This document shows, in pieces, positions 59,130-64,000 of a stretch of DNA of 64,000 bases (positions within the stretch are counted from its first letter, which is position 1; the number at the start of each line of letters is the position of its first letter). The stretch is from contig OZ024743.1 in assembly GCA_964016885.1 (NCBI GenBank), positions 135,470,001 through 135,534,000 on the forward strand. The letters are read 5' to 3'. Below the pieces are notes generated by a model. It made no database searches and was not told the DNA's origin. It worked only from the letters and a program-made list of their open reading frames with translations. The position numbers and the translations under genes were made by a program. This DNA is from Eledone cirrhosa. Taxonomy: Eukaryota.

Positions 59130-62100
59130 GTGTTTGGTGTTTGGTGCTTGGTGCTTGGTGTTTGGTGCTTGGTGCTTGGTGCTGGGTGGTTGGTATTTGG
59201 TGCTTGGTGCTTGGTGTTTGGTGCTTGGTGCTTGGTGCTTGGTGTTTGGTGCTTGGTGCTTGGTGCTTGGTCTTTGGTGCTTGGTGTTTGGTGTTTGGTG
59301 CTTGGTGCTTTGTGTTTGGTGCTTGGTGATTAGTGTTTGGTGCTTGGTACTTGGTGTTTGGTGCTTGGTGTTTGGTGTTTGCTGTTTGGTGTTTGGTGTT
59401 TGGTGTTTGCTGTTTGGTGTCTGCTTTTTGGTGTTTGGTGTTTGCTGTATGGTGTTTGCTGTTTCGTGTTTGGTGTTTGCTGTTTGGTGTTTGGTGTTTG
59501 CTGTTTGGTGTTTGGTCTTTGGTGCTTGGTGTTTGGTGCTTGGTGCTTGGTGTTTGGTGTTTGGTGCTTGGTGCTTGGTGCTTGGTGTTTGGTGCTTGGT
59601 GTCTGGTGCTTGGTGTCTGGTGCTTGGTGTTTGGTGTTTGGTGTTTGGTGCTTGGTGTTTGGTGTTTGGTGTTTGGTGTTTGGTGCTTGTTGCTTGGTGC
59701 TTGGTGCTTGGTGTTTGGTGCTTGGTGCTTGGTGTTTGGTGCTGGGTGCTTGGTGTTTGGTGCTTGGTGCTTGGTGCTTGGTGTTTGGTGTTTGGTGCTT
59801 GGTGCTTGGTGTTTGGTGTTTGGTGTTATATGCTTGGTGTTTGATGCTTGGTGCTTGGTGCTTGGTGTTTGGTGTTTGGTGCTTGGTGTTTTTTGCTTGG
59901 TGTTTGATGTTTGGTGCTTGGTGCTTGGTGTTTGGTGCTTGGTGCTTGGTGTTTGTACTTGGTGCTTGGTGCTTGGTTCTTGGTGTTTGGTGCTTGGTTC
60001 TTGGTGCTTGTTGCTTGGAGTTTGGTGCTTGGGGTTTGGTGCTTGGTGTTCGGTGCTTGCTGCCTGGTGCTTGGTGCTTGGTGCTTGGTGTTTGGTGCTT
60101 GGTGTTTGGTGCTTGGTATTAGGTGTTTGGTGCTTGGTGCTTGGTGTTTGGTGTTTGGTGCTTGGTGTTTGGTGCTTGGTGTTTGGTGTTTGGTGCTTGG
60201 TGTTTGGTGCTTGGTACTTGGTGCTTGGTGCTTGGTGTTAGGTGTTTGGTGCTTGGTGCTTGGTGTTTGGTTTTTGGTGCTTGGTGCTTGGTGTTTGGTG
60301 TTTGGTGCTTGCTGCTGGCTGCTTGGTGTTTGGTGCTTGGTGATTGGTGCTTGGTGTTTGGTGCTTGGTGTTTGGTGTTTGGTACTAGGTGCTTGGTGCT
60401 TGGTGTTTGGTGCTTGGTGCTTGGTGTTTGGTGTATGGTGCTTGGTGCTTGGTGTTTGGTGCTTGGTGCTGGGTTCTGGGTGGTTGGTGTTTGGTGCTTG
60501 GTGTATGGTGCTTGGTGCTTGGTCTTTGGTGTTTGGTGTTTGGTGTTTGGGGCTTGGTGCTTGGTGCTTGGTGCTTAGTGTTTGGTGCTAGGTGCTTGGG
60601 GTTTGGTGTTTGGTGCTTGGTGCTTGGTGTTTGGTGCTTGGTGCTTGGTGTTTGGTGTTTGGTGCTTGGTGCTTGGTGTTTGGTGTTTCCTGTTTGCTGT
60701 TTGGTGTTTGGTGTTTGGTGTTTGCTGTTTGGTGTCTGCTTTTTGGTGTTTGGTGTTTGCTGTATGTTATTTGCTGTTTGGTGTTTGGTGTTTGGTGTTT
60801 GGTGCTTGGTGCTTGGTGTTTGGTGCTTGGTGCTTGGTGTTTGGTGCCTGGTGCTTGGGGCTTGGTGTTTGGTGTTTGGTGCTTGGTGCTTGGAGTTTGG
60901 TGTTTGGTGCTTGGTGCTTGGTGTTTTGTGTTTGGTGTTTGGTTTTTGGTGCTTGGTGCTTGGTGCTTGGTCCTTGGTGTTTGGTGCTTGGTGCTTGGTG
61001 TTTGTACTTGGTGCTTGGTGCTTGGTGTTTGGTTCTTGGTTCTTGGTGTTTGGTACTTGGTGCTTGGTGCTTGGTGCTTGGTGTTTGGTGTTTGGTGTTT
61101 GGTGTTTGGTGCTTGGTGATTGGTGCTTGGTGTTAGGTGTTTGGTGCTTGGTGCTTGGTGTTTGGTGCTTGGTGATTGATGCTTGGTGTTTGGTACTTGG
61201 TGCTTGGTGTTTGGTTTTTGGTGCTAGGTGCTTGGTGCTTGGTGTTTGGTGCTTGGTGTTTGGTGTTTGGTGCTTGGAGCTTGGTGTTTGGTACTTGGTG
61301 CTTGGTGCTTGGTGTTTGGTGCTTGGTGCTTGGTGTTTGGTGTTTGGTGTTTGGTGCTTGGTGCTTGGTGTTTGGTGCTTGGTGCTGGGTGGTTGGTGTG
61401 TGGTGCTTGGTGCTTGGTGTTTTGTGCTAGGTGCATGGTGCCTGGTGTTTGGTGCTTGGTGCTTGGTGCTTGGTCTTTGGTGTTTGGTGTTTAGTGCTTG
61501 GTGCTTGGTGCTTGGTGCTTGGTGCTTGGTGCTTGGTCCTTGGTGTTTGGTGCTTGGTGCTTGGTGTTTGGTGTTTGGTGCTTGGTGCTTGGTGCTTCGT
61601 GTTTGGTGTTTGGTGCTTGGTGTCTGGAGCTTGGTGTTTGGTGTTTGGTGCTTGGTGTTTGGTGTTTGGTGCTTGGTGCTTGGTGTTTGGTGCTTGGTGC
61701 TTGGTGTTTGTACTTGGTGCTTGGTGCTTGGTGTTTGGTGCTTGGTTCTTGGTGTTTGGTGCTTGGTGTTTGGAGCTTGGTGCTTGGTGTTTGGTGCTTG
61801 GTGCTTGGTCTTTGTACTTGGTGCTTGGTGCTTGGTGTTTGGTGCTTGGTTCTTGGTGTTTGGTGCTTGGTGTTTGGAGCTTGGTGCTTGGTGTTTGGTG
61901 CTTGCTGCTTGGTGTTTGGTGTTTGGTGCTTGGTGCTTGGTGTTTGGTGTTTGGTGCTTGGTGTTTGGTGTTTGGTGCTTGGTGCTTGGTGTTTGTTGCT
62001 TGGTACTTGGTGCATGGTGTTTGGTGCTTGGTGTTTGGTGTTTGGTGTTTGGTGCTTGGTGCTTGGTGTTTGGTGCTTGGTGCTTGGTGCTGGGTGGTTG

Positions 62101-64000
62101 GTATTTGGTGCTTGGTGCTTGGTGTTTGGTGCTTGGTGCTTGGTGCTTGGTGTTTGGTGCTTGGTGCTTGGTGCTTGGTCTTTGGTGCTTGGTGTTTGGT
62201 GTTTGGTGCTTGGTGCTTTGTGTTTGGTGCTTGGTGATTAGTGTTTGGTGCTTGGTACTTGGTGTTTGGTGCTTGGTGTTTGGTGTTTGCTGTTTGGTGT
62301 ATGGTGTTTGGTGTTTGCTGTTTGGTGTCTGCTTTTTGGTGTTTGGTGTTTGCTGTATGGTGTTTGCTGTTTCGTGTTTGGTGTTTGCTGTTTGGTGTTT
62401 GGTGTTTGCTGTTTGGTGTTTGGTCTTTGGTGCTTGGTGTTTGGTGCTTGGTGCTTGGTGTTTGGTGTTTGGTGCTTGGTGTCTGGTGCTTGGTGTCTGG
62501 TGCTTGGTGTTTGGTGTTTGGTGTTTGGTGCTTGGTGTTTGGTGTTTGGTGTTTGGTGTTTGGTGCTTGTTGCTTGGTGCTTGGTGCTTGGTGTTTGGTG
62601 CTTGGTGCTTGGTGTTTGGTGCTGGGTGCTTGGTGTTTGGTGCTTGGTGCTTGGTGCTTGGTGTTTGGTGTTTGGTGTTATATGCTTGGTGTTTGATGCT
62701 TGGTGCTTGGTGCTTGGTGTTTGGTGTTTGGTGCTTGGTGTTTTATGCTTGGTGTTTGATGTTTGGTGCTTGGTGCTTGGTGTTTGGTGCTTGGTGCTTG
62801 GTGTTTGTACTTGGTGCTTGGTGCTTGGTTCTTGGTGTTTGGTGCTTGGTGCTTGGTGCTTGGTGCTTGGTGTTTGGTGCTTGGGGTTTGGTGCTTGGTG
62901 TTCGGTGCTTGCTGCCTGGTGCTTGGTGCTTGGTGCTTGGTGTTTGGTGCTTGGTGTTTGGTGCTTGGTATTAGGTGTTTGGTGCTTGGTGCTTGGTGTT
63001 TGGTGTTTGGTGCTTGGTGTTTGGTGCTTGGTGTTTGGTGTTTGGTGCTTGGTGTTTGGTGCTTGGTACTTGGTGCTTGGTGCTTGGTGTTAGGTGTTTG
63101 GTGCTTGGTGCTTGGTGTTTGGTTTTTGGTGCTTGGTGCTTGGTGTTTGGTGTTTGGTGCTTGCTGCTGGCTGCTTGGTGTTTGATGCTTGGTGATTGGT
63201 GCTTGGTGTTTGGTGCTTGGTGTTTGGTGTTTGGTACTAGGTGCTTGGTGCTTGGTGTTTGGTGCTTGGTGCTTGGTGTTTGGTGTTTGGTGCTTGGTGC
63301 TTGGTGTTTGGTGCTTGGTGCTGGGTTCTGGGTGGTTGGTGTTTGGTGCTTGGTGTATGGTGCTGGGTGCTTGGTGTTTGGTGCTTGGTGCTTGGTCTTT
63401 GGTGTTTGGTGTTTGGTGTTTGGGGCTTGGTGCTTGGTGCTTGGTGCTTAGTGTTTGGTGCTAGGTGCTTGGGGTTTGGTGTTTGGTGCTTGGTGCTTGG
63501 TGTTTGGTGCTTGGTGCTTGGTGTTTGGTGTTTGGTGCTTGGTGCTTGGTGTTTGGTGTTTCCTGTTTGCTGTTTGGTGTTTGGTGTTTGGTGTTTGCTG
63601 TTTGGTGTCTGCTTTTTGGTGTTTGGTGTTTGCTGTATGTTATTTGCTGTTTGGTGTTTGGTGTTTGGTGTTTGGTGCTTGGTGCTTGGTGTTTGGTGCT
63701 TGGTGCTTGGTGTTTGGTGCCTGGTGCTTGGGGCTTGGTGTTTGGTGTTTGGTGCTTGGTGCTTGGAGTTTGGTGTTTGGTGCTTGGTGCTTGGTGTTTT
63801 GTGTTTGGTGTTTGGTTTTTGGTGCTTGGTGCTTGGTGCTTGGTGCCTGGTCCTTGGTGTTTGGTGCTTGGTGCTTGGTGTTTGTACTTGGTGCTTGGTG
63901 CTTGGTGTTTGGTTCTTGGTTCTCGGTGTTTGGTACTTGGTGCTTGGTGCTTGGTGCTTGGTGTTTGGTGTTTGGTGTTTGGTGCTTGGTGCTTGGTGTT
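59130..64000 (+). repeat. ~2.85-2.91-kb spaced duplication running to the window end
   Basis: TTATATGC 59826->62678 (+2852). The private motif GGGGTTTGGTGCTTGGTGTTCGGTGCTTGCTGCCTGG occurs at 60031 and 62883. ORF patterns 59333->62241 (+2908) and 60123->62975 (+2852). Confidence 0.78.

Larger units (their letters stand above)
1..64000 (+). repeat. 7-bp tandem satellite array, consensus (TTGGTGY)n = (RCACCAA)n; extends beyond both window edges
   Basis: Every line of the window reads as TTGGTGT/TTGGTGC monomers with scattered single-monomer variants. I saw no unique sequence and no strand switch. Translations show the 7-aa periodicity (VLGAWCL / TKHQAPS) expected of a 7-bp unit. Confidence 0.99.

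Noticed and set aside
2867-62015. - strand ORFs (up to 871 aa) encoding (TKHQAPS/TKHQTPN)n, superficially mucin- or adhesin-like
   Set aside because: They are the reverse translation of the same 7-mer, whose - strand lacks T and hence stops. The 7-bp unit is not a codon multiple, frameshifting 6-bp monomers are tolerated, and there is no signal peptide or unique domain.
1362-62685. TTATAT motifs as TATA boxes or -10 promoter elements
   Set aside because: They are variant monomers explained by a stepwise mutation series, with no downstream gene or other promoter context.
13-63464. Hundreds of + strand ORFs (up to 861 aa) encoding (VLGAWCL/VFGVWCL)n
   Set aside because: They overlap in all three frames with the same periodic peptide. 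They are open only because the consensus lacks A, and they start at TTG/GTG within monomers. There is no domain content or gene context.
1-64000. CRISPR array or other repeat-spacer system
   Set aside because: There are no unique spacers. The sequence between landmarks is the same heptamer, and there are no cas or other genes or leader.
1-64000. Telomerase-synthesised telomeric tract (G/T-rich strand, occasional TTAGG and TTGGGG)
   Set aside because: TTAGG and TTGGGG occur only as isolated variant monomers. Kb-scale blocks that copy rare variants indicate recombinational amplification rather than templated addition. A subtelomeric location or remote telomeric origin cannot be excluded.
1-64000. 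Identity with known heptamer repeats (Drosophila virilis ACAAACT family; cyanobacterial STRR heptamers)
   Set aside because: The consensus differs (ACAAACT versus ACCAAAC/ACCAAGC), and STRR tracts are short and interspersed among genes. I cannot assign an organism or named family without a search.
1-64000. RIP or CpG-deamination origin of the T/C polymorphism
   Set aside because: The variable C is in a GCT context, not CpG or CpA. The abundant CpA sites on the - strand are mostly intact, and TG>TA variants on the + strand are a small minority.
1-64000. Pure sequencing or basecalling artefact, or synthetic low-complexity sequence
   Set aside because: Rare variants recur in conserved order at exact offsets and indels are few and shared between copies, which is unlike random error. 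The exact copy number of near-identical blocks could still be misassembled.

Overview
The whole 64-kb window is one uninterrupted, single-orientation tandem array of a 7-bp satellite, consensus TTGGTGY on the + strand (RCACCAA on the - strand), about 9,100 monomers (64,000/7). It runs off both window ends. I found no real gene, RNA gene, mobile element or CRISPR array. The ORFs in the track are artefacts: the consensus has no A on the + strand and no T on the - strand, so it contains no stop codon in any frame. The information lies in rare variant monomers, which act as landmarks. They show nested higher-order structure: three near-identical 4082/3775-bp higher-order repeat (HOR) copies at about 5.3-17.2 kb, a more rearranged 3.6-4.3-kb HOR family at about 19-36 kb, and a patchwork of 49-bp to 2.9-kb duplications at about 37-64 kb. 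An array of this size and type is most consistent with eukaryotic heterochromatic (centromeric, pericentromeric or subtelomeric) satellite DNA. That placement is inference, and the organism cannot be identified from the sequence. All offsets were read by eye from landmarks and from the ORF track, and block edges are approximate.
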